From positions 248,001-312,000 of the forward strand of contig CM082590.2 in assembly GCA_040954595.2 (NCBI GenBank): a stretch of DNA of 64,000 nt. The letters run 5' to 3'. The position numbers and the translations under genes were made by a program. Source of the DNA: Balanoglossus misakiensis. Its lineage: Eukaryota > Animalia > Hemichordata. The notes beneath the pieces are model-generated. The model worked only from the letters and a program-made list of their open reading frames with translations, was not told the origin of the DNA and ran no database searches. Of this stretch, positions 12,787 through 27,300 are shown piece after piece (position 1 is the stretch's first letter; every line of letters starts with the position of its first letter).

Positions 12787-13480
12787 TTATTTGTATAGCG
12801 TCAGTATCCACAAAAAAAATGTGATCAATGACGCTTAAAGCAAAAGTACAATACAACAAATGGCTAAAAAACAGATTTAAAAAGTAAAGTTTTAACATTT
12901 GATTTAAAAACAGATAAGTCTGGTGCCTGGCGAATGGTGAGTGGAAGATTATTCCAAAGAATTGGAGCAGCAACAGTAAAAGCACGATCACCATAACTCT
13001 TGGTGCGTGATCGAACAGGGCAGAGTTTGAACTGATCAGCTGACCTTAAATTGCGACATGGAACATATAGATTAGTCATGCTAGAAAGATAGATTGGACC
13101 AAGTTTATGAATGGATTTAAAAATGAGAACTAACATCTTAAAAACAATACGCTCTGTAACAGGTAGCCAGTGCAACTGATACAAAATTGGAGTGATGTGA
13201 CAGGTGATTTTAGAACGAGTTACAATTCTAGCAGCAATATTCTGAACGCGTTGGATACGGTTGATTGAATACTTCGGGAGCCCAAATAAAAGTGAATTAC
13301 ATGAATCAATTCGAGACGTAATGAATGCATGAACTAATTGCTCTGTAGCTGAATGAGATAAATATTTGCGGATAAGCGCAATGCGACGTAAATGAAAAGT
13401 GGCAGAGCGGCAGATCTGTCCAATATGTGGCTTCATTGTCAGACAAGAGTCAAGGATCACTCCAAGGCTCTTAGCCTGAC
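12750..13480 (-). mobile_element. 5'-truncated L2-clade non-LTR retrotransposon with (TTA)n tail, private to unit 2
   Basis: ORF 12864-13460: LVHAFITSRIDSCNSLL..IQRVQNIAARIV..HITPILYQLHWLPV..GDRAFTVAAPILWNNLP. Minus-strand 3' end GACGCTATACAAATAAA(TTA)n. AATAA flanks both sides (12745-12749, 13481-13485). The empty site AAAAGAATAAATGGT is present in units 1, 3 and 5. Confidence 0.93.
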
Positions 13481-14372
13481 AATAAATGGTGTCGTTTAAG
13501 TGGCACCATACACATGTAATGTTATTTCTAAGTCTCGCGTTATTTGGTGTGATTTCGTATGATTCAATATGCGCACGCTATAATTGTAATTCATTCACAT
13601 TTTTTATGGTATGATCATGTTAATGATACATTTTATGATTGGGTGAATTTTGTTTGACTTTGCACCATATGCAGTGTATCACCAGCTGACAGGCGCCAAT
13701 TCCAGCCAACTAGAAGAGTTTCTGAATAAAGCCTTATCTGTTGCTATGCAAGTGCCAACAAAATCATCCAGCACCAGTGAAGCATTGAGTGAGTTGTTGT
13801 TACAAGAGCAGTCCAGATTGATTGACAAGTAAGTCCAAGTTTATCTCAAGACTCATCTGTCTGGTAGCTTTGAGTTTTGGGTTTTATGTTCCTGGGATCA
13901 CCTTGTCTGTATTTCTTTTTAATAAAGAACAGTTTTGTACTTGCAAGACATAAATCAAAAAATGCATATTTATAACTGTATGCCAGCTATGATATTTAAA
14001 GGGACAAAGTCTCTCTCTCGCTGCCCTTTTTCCATACATTATGTTTGATACAAGACACCATTTATGTTATTCTACATGTGGATATATAGTGAATCAATGT
14101 TCGACCACACACAACTTCCATCCCGTTTGTAGGATATGAGAGTAAAAATCTCCCCAAAATGAATTAACTGTAGAGAGTTTGTCCCTTTAATGTGTAGATC
14201 TCTGAAAGACATTTACCATACACTAGTATGTTATATCAGAGAGGACATTAGACCTTTATTCATCACTCACCTAGGTAGCAAAAACCTATTTCAGGTAGTG
14301 AGAATTCCATCAGTATGATTGTGTTATACCCTTTACTCCACTGACTGTATATTTCTCTTTAATTACACACAG

Positions 14373-14624
14373 ATGCGAATTAGGCTGGTCAACGGCAGGG
14401 CTGCTTATTGATTGGCTGGAGCTCCTGGACCCCGAGATTGTGCAAAGTTGCCCTCAACTGCAACACCAGTTACTCTTTGTCAAGACGCACAAACCCAGAA
14501 CAGAGGGCAAAGTTCAAAGTTCGTGCAGTGCTTATTTGCTGGCACTGTTGAGCCACCAGAGTAATTGGCAGACTTTGCATAAATGTATCGATTGGTTACT
14601 CAAACCAAGGACAGACTCAACTAG
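14373..14624 (+). pseudogene. INTS1: INTS1 exon K (STAGLLIDWLELLDPEIVQSCPQLQHQLLF...YLLALLSHQSNWQTLHKCI), units 2-5
   Basis: cacag acceptor, gtgaga donor, 252 nt. Matches INTS1 GLLVDWLEMLDPEVVSSCPDLQ...HQSSWPTLHQCI. Confidence 0.92.
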
Positions 14625-17600
14625 GTGAGAAATTGTATCATACTTCTTCAGGTTGATCTTTGTACACAGAAAATCGTGTAAAGATCTGAAAATGCCTCAT
14701 GTGGAGAATGAGTTGCCAATATATGAGGCTTAGTGCTTAATTTAATGTAGAATTTCGATATAACACTGAAGTCTAGCTTGCCATTTTCGTGAATTTTTTG
14801 GGGGGAAACTAGAATAGGTGCAGAGTTTGACAGAAATCGTAACTTTTGTGCCGTTTAACACAGTGAGCGATGTGCTGTTAGTCCTAAGGCTTGCCAGATG
14901 GAAACAGAGCCACTCACCATCAGTGCGTACATTCCTCTCCAAATATTCTTCGACCAATCAGCTTCATGAAATGGCCGACCTTGCATTGGTAAGATGATGA
15001 TTTGTGTATTTCCAGTATGAGTCGTGGAGACCTCTGGTAGAAACAAATAAAGACATATGATTGTGAATCATACATACAGGTTCTGGGTGAGGGCTACACA
15101 GTATTTTCATTGGAGTATGTGCAAAAAAAAAGAGTAAGTTTATAGAAAGTTCTAAGCATGAACCAAGTGATTTTTATTTGAATATGATTATGTGTGTTGT
15201 TATTGTTGTTGTTGTTTTGACAAACATATTTGATTTTACTTCACTGCTGCCTTTCTGATTCTAGGATTTAGCTCAGTTGATTGTAGAAAGGCCCACCATA
15301 CTCAGCTCCATGCTGTGTAGAGACACCAGTGCCGACCAGACCAACACTATGTACACTGACATCCATGTTGCATATATTCTACAATTACTTGAAGAAAGCC
15401 ACACAGCCCCATGCGGAATCTTACTCATGGGTGAGTGTCAATCAATTACTTCCAGAGCAGGTCTTCAAATCTCGTTCAACTTCTAGTTCATTGTCTTGCA
15501 AATTGTTCATGGTTCACATTTGTTGCCATGCAGTGTTTTATAAAAGTGACATGAAAAGGTAAAAAAATATATAATAATCTGTCTGTTAGCAGTTTCTCTG
15601 TCATTCTTTCATTGTGTCACTACATGTACAAAAGTTGAGACGAAAACCAGTTTTATTCTGTCGTGCCACCCACAGTCAGATTTCGTGATATTGTCAGATT
15701 TCATGATAAAACAAGAAAAAAAAACATTTAATAAGAGTTACATGTATAACCACTGTAACAGTAGTAAGTTTTTATTGCTGACCAATATATGAAGCAGCAA
15801 CATAATTGAGCTCAGCATGGAGATCTCAGAATGGCAGAAAAGTCAATTTTTGTAGCCAATTGAATTTCAAATTTATTCTGTGCCGACTTTCAGCTTAATC
15901 AAGTATGACCTTAATATGGCTTCAATGTTTTCCCAAATTTTAATATAGAATGCTCCACTGTCCAGTGTTCATCCCCATTCAATGTATACATTGTATAGAT
16001 CCAACCATACTATTGTAAAAGGGGAAATTTTTGCGAATTTCGTGAGAGCCAAAAAACGTGAAAATAAATGGTCGCAAAGAAACAATGTGAGCAATGGAAT
16101 AATCAGCTCTCTTGTGATATCACAAAAATTTCCTGTTTTACAGTAATTTTATGCTATAAATTGCAACCCAGCAGTTTTTGTGAAGAGGTGCAGTATTTGT
16201 CATGGCCTGATCAGTTAATCTGTTGTTGCACCATTTACATGTGATATTTCGTGGAAATATCTGCCAATCTGTGTGTCAATTAAACTTGGGATCTTTTCTC
16301 ACCAAACTTTTGTTGTTTTCATCCTGAATTTGTCATTTTTTTCAGCCCTGGAAGACTTGGAACCAGCTCAGTTGGTCTTGTTTGTGCAGTCCTTTGGTAT
16401 ACCAGTCAACAGCATGAGGTATGTTGTAACTCTAGAATTATTCCTCATCAAAGCTACCGTACATCCCAATTTCCATACTTGGTTTAAATTACAACTTTAG
16501 AGATTTACTCTTCGGTGTTGTGAGTTATCTCTCATTGTGGTGGTGCTTTTCAGTAGCCAAAGACACTCTGTGATCTTTCAAGCAGGACTATTAAAAAAAC
16601 TGGGTGTGTGTGTTATAATTAAGTCATACAACAAACCACATATTAAGGTCATTTGGCCCACAAGTATGAATACACATGATCTGCTATAAACATGATGCTA
16701 GCACCATATTCACAAAGATTTTGTCATGATGTGCCGTGATCTGGCCCTGTAACACACATACACATGTAACACTTCTGTTTCTTTTCACAGCAAACTACTG
16801 CAGCAACAACTACATGGCCTGCAGACAAGATCTATACAGTATGGAACAGGCTGTGGTTGACAAAGGATACATGGCTCAGTTAGTGGAAGTTCAACAGATG
16901 AGAGGAGCAGAAGGTGGAAGAAAATTCATTCCTGGATAAAGAGAACAAAGGTACTAGTATTTGTGTTGTGAAATAGTGTCTCAAAAGTTAAGTCATACAT
17001 ATAGAATTCTTCAACTTTGGACATTATTAGGATTTTATATTTTTAGGTTACTGTAATCTTGGTAATTTTTGTGATGGGAAATTTTTCGCGATATTAACAG
17101 AGGTGACTATTTCATGACAATTAATTGTTTGCGTTCTCTTATTTCACTAACTGATTTGCAAAGCTAGATATTCCAGTTTCTTCTCAGAAAGTAAATAATA
17201 TTTCCTGGACATAACACAATTTTTATTTGCAGATGAGGAAAAGAAAGAGGAGAAAAGTGAGGCAATGCAGGTGGATGAAAAGAAAGATGTTGCAGCCAAG
17301 ATGGATGCAAGAAAAGTCACTGTAGATAGTCAAGAGTCAGCCAAGATGATCTTCCTGAAGGTAAGTTTGGTTTAGAAATAAAGTGGACCCTTTTCCAAGT
17401 GGCTTTTCAGTAAATCATGGTTTCTCAGTCAAATCAAGGCCAATGGGCACAGTATAGCTCCTTCTGTAGTCACCTGAAGTTGCAAGGCTTCTTAAACCAG
17501 GTCGTGTTCTTTTGAACCAAAACACAACTGATCATGTCTCATGTTACAATCAAAAGCTGATCTTGTGTCATCAGACATGGACGACTTTCCAAACACCACA

Positions 17601-20600
17601 AAACTTATCAGGCTGGGTAATTTAATAGTTCTTCTTTAAGTTTTATGGCCGTTGTGTGAAAATGGTTGGACAGCAAAATCTACCTAAACTGGAAACCTCT
17701 CTACACTGTACTGGGACTCTTTTCCAACTTCAGACTCAAAATCAGTCACTTCCACTTTTGCAGTATCATTGCTAATGAGTGAGTGATTTCTTCTCCTTTG
17801 ATTATATTTACAGCTATTCAGTATTGGTGAGCACAAAGTGAGTGCATCAACGGAAAGACAATATCTGAGAGGCATACAATTGGTATGTACATGTAATATT
17901 TGATCTTAAAACAATTACACTTCCCAGAAGAAATATGATATGTTAAGGTATATTGTCACCTATGGTAATTTAACTACAGTTACCATGGTAAACTTGAGAT
18001 CTAGCCAATCACAGATTTTCAGTGGGTGGCACACGCGAAAAAAAGAGCGCCGCCATATGTCCTTTAGAACGCTCAAATACGCCATTTCAGCCATATATGG
18101 GCGTATGTAAATTATAGGTGACTGTATACCTTTGCGGCAACTTTATCATTTTATGAGAAGATTATGAACTATACTTTGTAAAGGCCGACAGATTTCTCAG
18201 TGACTGGCCAGGTTTCCTAATAAATGATATTAATATTTTGCCATCATTTCTCACACAGACACTGTCCAGGGAAATCTCCAGGCTGAAATTGTTTGATTCA
18301 TCAGAGAATTCTGGTGATCACATCATTCTGGCAATGCAAGAAATCCTAACATCAAGTGATGAGAGTCAGTTTATTTATAATCTACACAGAAAACATCATT
18401 TGTCATGTCCATTGTTCAGTTTGCTTCACCAACGACAGGTAATTGCATGTCAATTTTATAGTAAGATTACTTACATTCAAACATATTTTCGTTTGTTCGA
18501 GAATTTGAAATTCAATTTGAGTTTCTCAAGTCAGTAGGCTTATAGTGTTATTCCATATATTGGAGAAGTTGAAATTTGATTTGAGTTGCAACTTCCGTTC
18601 AGCTTCCAAAATATTATTCCTCAAATTATGAGACATTTACAGGGGAATATATACAGGGGAATATAAATAATAAGTTGACATATTTATTAAAACATTCTCT
18701 TACATTTTTGACTTCTTACATGATAGATAATTATGATTATTTGACTTCACTAAGGGAAGAGGTCCATTTCAAGTAGGCGGTACCCGGTTCCCCCAGCGCT
18801 CGCATTCGCACGGTATACCTCCTCTCATATGACGTGAATGAGTTGAATTTGATACAGTTTACGTACGTACAGTCGCACTCTTGGGAATTGCAAGTTACGT
18901 GGTGATATCAGTATCACGCCAATGAAAAGATTACGTCTGCGTGACCCCCTGATTGTTCGAGCGCGAACTCTCTCTCCCTCTCTCTCTCTCATTCAACAGC
19001 TCTCAGTCCAAAACAGACATGAAAGTTCAAAACTGACATAATCATGCACAATTCTCACTCTCACTCCTTTATATCATTTAGAAACATCTTGAAAAGAAGG
19101 AAGATATGATGAGATTTGTCCAGCTAGTGTCTGCAATTTTGAGTTCATCAAAGTCTGAAAACAGTGTGTTTACAAAACTTCTCAACCAGTATGAAAAAGT
19201 CAACAGACAACAAGGTGAGCTGTTTATTTCACTTACCTCAAGCAGTGAAATAATTCTCAAAACCATACACAAACTGTAACTTGAGCGTTTTCACTATATC
19301 ACACAGGATAAATAGAAAAATTCTACATACTTTCAAGTTTGTACAATGCATTTATTCTTTGATATCAAAAGACGCCAGACGCGCTCAAGCGCAAATACGT
19401 TGGCATTCAATTTTCCAGATGACAGGCAACTTCAGCAACGTGGTGCAGACAAAGACTGTGCAGACAAAATGCCATGAGGCTGATGAGGTACTATACCTGA
19501 TACATGTTACATGTCTGGCGGTTCTTAAGTACTTACATACGTGGAAAACTTTTACTGGATGCCACTATGTTGTTTGCCGTCACCTGGAAATGACAATGCT
19601 GCAGGTCACATGGCCAGATCACATGACATAAAGAATTCTTAACTGGATTCGTACACTCCTGGAAATTCCTGGAATTTGAAAACCTTCCCAGAAACTCCAT
19701 TAACCATTTGTGGTATCATGTCCAAATGTCCTCCCTTTATGTAGGGACGTATGCCTTAATTCCAGTCTTACGTCCTTCCTTCCAGCGAAATCCCTGAGCA
19801 GTGAGAAAAGTCCCATCAAAGCCAGTGGTGGCAACTTGGATGAAGTGAGTGAAATCATTGAAGCCGTCACTGAGGGACGGATGGCTGTAGATACAGACAT
19901 GTTATAGAAAGGTAAAGTCTACATTTTTAACACTCCCTCAAGCACCTGAACCCTTTCACCGCCATGTTCCAGTCCAAACCCATCGTTTTCTATGGTAAGG
20001 TTGGACCTCTAAAGAAGGAACTGGGAGTGAAAGGGGCTAACCTATTAGATATTCTCACCAAACAAACAGAAACACGAGTGGGATAAGAAGGAACGGACCC
20101 AATGTTAATTATATAGATCCACATTTTTGGTAATATGTAACAGGTTTGACCTGAGTGCGAGCGCAGCAAGCTATCGTGCATATATTCACATTGTTGTCAA
20201 CACTCCACTTTCCACATGCATGCTTCGTCAACTTTTTCGCGGTCAACTGAAGGCTTTGCAATACTTTGTCAAAGACATTCTGTTTCTGTGATAGCTTCAG
20301 ATTATCTACATGTATTTATTGGTGGGTTTCATTCTCACAAGGTCATTGTGGTTGTCTAGTTGTGGTTAAACATGATTTAGGCTCAAAAAGAATAAATGGT
20401 GTCGTTTAAGTGGCACCATACACATGTAATGTTATTTCTAAGTCTCGCGTTATTTGGTGTGATTTCGTATGATTCAATATGCGCACGCTATAATTGTAAT
20501 TCATTCACATTTTTTATGGTATGATCATGTTAATGATACATTTTATGATTGGGTGAATTTTGTTTGACTTTGCACCATATGCAGTGTATCACCAGCTGAC

Positions 20601-23600
20601 AGGCGCCAATTCCAGCCAACTAGAAGAGTTTCTGAATAAAGCCTTATCTGTTGCTATGCAAGTGCCAACAAAATCATCCAGCACCAGTGAAGCATTGAGT
20701 GAGTTGTTGTTACAAGAGCAGTCCAGATTGATTGACAAGTAAGTCCAAGTTTATCTCAAGACTCATCTGTCTGGTAGCTTTGAGTTTTGGGTTTTATGTT
20801 CCTGGGATCACCTTGTCTGTATTTCTTTTTAATAAAGAACAGTTTTGTACTTGCAAGACATAAATCAAAAAATGCATATTTATAACTGTATGCCAGCTAT
20901 GATATTTAAAGGGACAAAGTCTCTCTCTCGCTGCCCTTTTTCCATACATTATGTTTGATACAAGACACCATTTATGTTATTCTACATGTGGATATATAGT
21001 GAATCAATGTTCGACCACACACAACTTCCATCCCGTTTGTAGGATATGAGAGTAAAAATCTCCCCAAAATGAATTAACTGTAGAGAGTTTGTCCCTTTAA
21101 TGTGTAGATCTCTGAAAGACATTTACCATACACTAGTATGTTATATCAGAGAGGACATTAGACCTTTATTCATCACTCACCTAGGTAGCAAAAACCTATT
21201 TCAGGTAGTGAGAATTCCATCAGTATGATTGTGTTATACCCTTTACTCCACTGACTGTATATTTCTCTTTAATTACACATTGTCACAGATGCGAATTAGG
21301 CTGGTCAACGGCAGGGCTGCTTATTGATTGGCTGGAGCTCCTGGACCCCGAGATTGTGCAAAGTTGCCCTCAACTGCAACACCAGTTACTCTTTGTCAAG
21401 ACGCACAAACCCAGAACAGAGGGCAAAGTTCAAAGTTCGTGCAGTGCTTATTTGCTGGCACTGTTGAGCCACCAGAGCAATTGGCAGACTTTGCATAAAT
21501 GTATCGATTGGTTACTCAAACCAAGGACAGACTCAACTAGGTGAGAAATTGTATCATACTTCTTCAGGTTGATCTTTGTACACAGAAAATCGTGTAAAGA
21601 TCTGAAAATGCCTCATGTGGAGAATGAGTTGCCAATATATGAGGCTTAGTGCTTAATTTAATGTAGAATTTCGATATAACACTGAAGTCTAGCTTGCCAT
21701 TTTCGTGAATTTTTTGGGGGGAAACTAGAATAGGTGCAGAGTTTGACAGAAATTGTAACTTTTGTGCCGTTTAACACAGTGAGCGATGTGCTGTTAGTCC
21801 TAAGGCTTGCCAGATGGAAACAGAGCCACTCACCATCAGTGCGTACATCATGTTCCTCTCCAAATATTCTTCGACCAATCAGCTTCATGAAATGGCCGAC
21901 CTTGCATTGGTAAGATGATGATTTGTGTATTTCCAGTATGAGTCGTGGAGACCTCTGGTAGAAACAAATAAAGACATATGATTGTGAATCATACATACAG
22001 GTTCTGGGTGAGGGCTACACACAAATAGTATTAGAACAAAAACAGTTGAAAATGCAAAAGTCTGTGATCTATATATCAAACAGTATTTTCATTGGAGTAT
22101 GTGCAAAAAAAAAGAGTAAGTTTATAGAAAGTTCTAAGCATGAACCAAGTGATTTTTATTTGAATATGATTATGTGTGTTGTTATTGTTGTTGTTGTTTT
22201 GACAAACATATTTGATTTTACTTCACTGCTACCTTTCTGATTCTAGGATTTAGCTCAGTTGATTGTAGAAAGGCCCACCATACTCAGCTCCATGCTGTGT
22301 AGAGACACCAGTGCCGACCAGACCAACACTATGTACACTGACATCCATGTTACATATATTCTACAATTACTTGAAGAAAGCCACACAGCCCCATGCGGAA
22401 TCTTACTCATGGGTGAGTGTCAATCAATTACTTCCAGAGCAGGTCTTCAAATCTCGTTCAACTTCTAGTTCATTGTCTTGCAAATTGTTCATGGTTCACA
22501 TTTGTTGCCATGCAGTGTTTTATAAAAGTGACATGAAAAGGTAAAAAAATTATAATAATCTGTCTGTTAGCAGTTTCTCTGTCATTCTTTCATTGTGTCA
22601 CTACATGTACAAAAGTTGAGACGAAAACCAGTTTTATTCTGTCGTGCCACCCACAGTCAGATTTCGTGATATTGTCAGATTTCATGATAAAACAAGAAAA
22701 AAAAACATTTAATAAGAGTTACATGTATAACCACTGTAACAGTAGTAAGTTTTTATTGCTGACCACTATATGAAGCAGCAACATAATTGAGCTCAGCATG
22801 GAGATCTCAGAATGGCAGAAAAGTCAATTTTTGTAGCCAATTGAATTTCAAATTTATTCTGTGCTGTCTTTCAGCTTAATCAAGTATGCATAGACCTTAA
22901 TATGGCTTCAATGTTTTCCCAAATTTTAATATAGAATGCTCCACTGTCCAGTGTTCATCCCCATTCAATGTATACATTGTATAGATCCAACCATACTATT
23001 GTAAAAGGGGAAATTTTTGCGAATTTCGTGAGAGCCAAAAAACGTGAAAATAAATGGTCGCAAAGAAACAATGTGAGCAATGGAATAGTCAGCTCTCTTG
23101 TGATATCACAAAAATTTCCTGTTTTACAGTAATTTTATGCTATAAATTGCAACCCAGCAGTTTTTGTGAAGAGGTGCAGTATTTGTCATGGCCTGATCGG
23201 TTAATCTGTTGTTGCACCATTTACATGTGATATTTCGTGGAAATATCTGCCAATCTGTGTGTCAATTCAACTTGGGATCTTTTCTCACCAAACTTTTGTT
23301 GTTTTCATCCTGAATTTGTCATTTTTTTCAGCCCTGGAAGACTTGGAACCAGCTCAGTTGGTCTTGTTTGTGCAGTCCTTTGGTATACCAGTCAACAGCA
23401 TGAGGTATGTTGTAACTCTAGAATTATTCCTCATCAAAGCTACCGTACATCCCAATTTCCATACTTGGTTTAAATTACAACTTTAGAGATTTACTCTTCG
23501 GTGTTGTGAGTTATCTCTCATTGTGGTGGTGCTTTTCAGTAGCCAAAGACACTCTGTGATCTTTCAAGCAGGACTATTAAAAAAACTGGGTGTGTGTGTT

Positions 23601-23608
23601 ATAATTAA

Positions 23609-24341
23609 GGTGGCATTGCATGAAAAGTTGTGATTTTTGCCAAATTTTACTTTTTTACATAAATCGGTAGGCCTAATACTGACCCACAACCTGACTAATA
23701 CGTCTTGGCGGAAATGGTGCATAATCACCCCAAAATAGCACTTTTCTGAATGAGTTCACAGCTTAACAAATAGGTGTCAACAATGCAAATAGCCGTTTTT
23801 CTCAGTTTGCATTTTCGCTGCTCTTGACAACTTCGGACTAAAATAGCTTCGCCCTGCGTTGGCCGAATTTGCTCAAATTTTGACAGGGAATTGTGTATGA
23901 CCCATCCAACAAAACGCTAGTTTTGTTTGTCCGTAAAGTGTCCCTGGCGGGAATAAACTCTGATTCAATACAACTCACTGTGAATTTGATGAAATTTTCT
24001 GAAAATCTAACTTTTAAACGCTGTTACTCCTCAATGGAAGCAGATAACGCAAAACAAAATTAGCGTATTTTTGCACGTGTACTCTAGTTTTGAATGACAT
24101 ATTAAGATGCATGATGCATGGTCAACTCTTTTACCTATTTTAAATTTCATGACATAATATCAAAAAATGGGTTTTTTCACCCAAAATCGCCACCCTTTCC
24201 GGGGATCAATAATATTTGCAACTCAAACAAAAGTTCAAAATCTCAGCTTCCAGAATATATATGGTTTATGGGGGTTTTAACTTTTTCTTTGATGAGAAAT
24301 AGGCCTGTGAAAAAGTCTCGACGGTTTCATGCAGTGCCACC
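23609..24341. mobile_element. 733-bp non-autonomous DNA transposon with TTAA target-site duplication (Kolobok-like), private to unit 4
   Basis: TTAA|GGTGGCATTGCATGAAA ... TTTCATGCAGTGCCACC|TTAA. Units 2, 3 and 5 have a single TTAA (ATAATTAAGTCAT). RR..YY termini with TTAA fit Kolobok rather than piggyBac. Confidence 0.9.
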
Positions 24342-27300
24342 TTAAGTCATACAACAAACCACATATTAAGGTCATTTTACCCACAAGTATGAATACACAT
24401 GATCTGCTATAAACATGATGCTAGCACCATATTCACAAAGATTTTGTCATGATGTGCCGTGATCTGGCCCTGTAACACACATACACATGTAACACTTCTG
24501 TTTCTTTTCACAGCAAACTACTGCAGCATCTCGACATGGCCTGCAGACAAGATCTGTACAGTATGGAACAGGCTGTGGTTGACAAAGGATACATGGCTCA
24601 GTTAGTGGAAGTTCAACAGATGAGAGGAGCAGAAGGTGGAAAAAAATTCATTCCTGGATAAAGAGAACAAAGGTACTAGTATTTGTGTTGTGAAATAGTG
24701 TCTCAAAAGTTAAGTCATACATATAGAATTCTTCAACTTTGGACATTATTAGGATTTTATATTTTTAGGTTACTGTAATCTTGGTAATTTTTGTGATGGG
24801 AAATTTTTCGCGATATTAACAGAGGTGACTATTTCATGACAATTAATTGTTTGCGTTCTCTTATTTCACTAACTGATTTGCAAAGCTAGATATTCCAGTT
24901 TCTTCTCAGAAAGTAAATAATATTTCCTGGACATAACACAATTTTTATTTGCAGATGAGGAAAAGAAAGAGGAGAAAAGTGAGGCAATGCAGGTGGATGA
25001 AAAGAAAGATGTTGCAGCCAAGATGGATGCAAGAAAAGTCACTGTAGATAGTCAAGAGTCAGCCAAGATGATCTTCCTGAAGGTAAGTTTGGTTTAGAAA
25101 TAAAGTGGACCCTTTTCCAAGTGGCTTTTCAGTAAATCATGGTTTCTCAGTCAAATCAAGGCCAATGGGCACAGACACAGTATAGCTCCTTCTGTAGTCA
25201 CCTGAAGTTGCAAGGCTTCTTAAACCAGGTCATGTTCTTTTGAACCAAAACACAACTGATCATGTCTTATGTTACAATCAAAAGCTGATCTTGTGTCATC
25301 AGACATGGACGACTTTCCAAACACCACAAAACTTATCAGGCTGGGTAATTTAATAGTTCTTCTTTAAGTTTTATGGCCGTTGTGTGAAAATGGTTGGACA
25401 GCAAAATCTACCTAATCTGGAAACCTCTCTACACTGTACTGGGACTCTTTTCCAACTTCAGACTCAAAATCAGTCACTTCCACTTTTGCAGTATCATTGC
25501 TAATGAGTGAGTGATTTCTTCTCCTTTGATTATATTTACAGCTATTCAGTATTGGTGAGCACAAAGTGAGTGCATCAACGGAAAGACAATATCTGAGAGG
25601 CATACAATTGGTATGTACATGTAATATTTGATCTTAAAACAATTACACTTCCCAGAAGAAATATGATATGTTAAGGTATATTGTCACCTATGGTAATTTA
25701 ACTACAGTTACCATGGTAAACTTGAGATCTAGCCAATCACAGATTTTCAGTGGGTGGCACACGCGAAAAAAAGAGCGCCGCCATATGTCCTTTAGAACGC
25801 TCAAATACGCCATTTCAGCCATATATGGGCGTATGTAAATTATAGGTGACTGTATACCTTTGCGGCAACTTTATCATTTTATGAGAAGATTATGAACTAT
25901 ACTTTGTAAAGGCCGACAGATTTCTCAGTGACTGGCCAGGTTTCCTAATAAATGATATTAATATTTTGCCATCATTTCTCACACAGACACTGTCCAGGGA
26001 AATCTCCAGGCTGAAATTGTTTGATTCATCAGAGAATTCTGGTGATCACATCATTCTGGCAATGCAAGAAATCCTAACATCAAGTGATGAGAGTCAGTTT
26101 ATTTATAATCTACACAGAAAACATCATTTGTCATGTCCATTGTTCAGTTTGCTTCACCAACGACAGGTAATTGCATGTCAATTTTATAGTAAGATTACTT
26201 ACATTCAAACATATTTTCGTTTGTTCGAGAATTTGAAATTCAATTTGAGTTTCTCAAGTCAGTAGGCTTATAGTGTTATTCCATATATTGGAGAAGTTGA
26301 AATTTGATTTGAGTTGCAACTTCCGTTCAGCTTCCAAATATTATTCCTCAAATTATGAGACATTTACAGGGGAATATAAATAATAAGTTGACATATTTAT
26401 TAAAACATTCTCTTACATTTTTGACTTCTTACATGATAGATAATTATGATTATTTGACTTCACTAAGGAAAGAGGTCCATTTCAAGTAGGCGGTACCCGG
26501 TTCCCCCAGCGCTCGCATTCGCACGGTATACCTCCTCTCATATGACGTGAATGAGTTGAATTTGATACAGTTTACGTACGTACAGTCGCACTCTTGGGAA
26601 TTGCAAGTTACGTGGTGATATCAGTATCACGCCAATGAAAAGATTACGTCTGCGTGACCCCCTGATTGTTCGAGCGCGATCTCTCTCTCCCTCTCTCTCT
26701 CTCATTCAACAGCTCTCAGTCCAAAACAGACATGAAAGTTCAAAACTGACATAATCATGCACAATTCTCACTCCTTTATATCATTTAGAAACATCTTGAA
26801 AAGAAGGAAGATATGATGAGATTTGTCCAGCTAGTGTCTGCAATTTTGAGTTCATCAAAGTCTGAAAACAGTGTGTTTACAAAACTTCTCAACCAGTATG
26901 AAAAAGTCAACAGACAACAAGGTGAGCTGTTTATTTCACTTACCTCAAGCAGTGAAATAATTCTCAAAACCATACACAAACTGGTGACAGGCAACTTCAG
27001 CAACGTGGTGCAGACAAAGACTGTGCAGACAAAATGCCATGAGGCTGATGAGGTACTATACCTGATACATGTTACATGTCTGGCGGTTCTTAAGTACTTA
27101 CATACGTGGAAAACTTTTACTGGATGCCACTATGTTGTTTGCCGTCACCTGGAAATGACAATGCTGCAGGTCACATGGCCAGATCACATGACATAAAGAA
27201 TTCTTAACTGGATTCGTACACTCCTGGAAATTCCTGGAATTTGAAAACCTTCCCAGAAACTCCATTAACCATTTGTGGTATCATGTCCAAATGTCCTCCC

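Noticed and set aside
12620-12994. Poly-Ile and poly-Tyr ORFs
   Set aside because: Translation of the (AAT)n tail of the L2 element.
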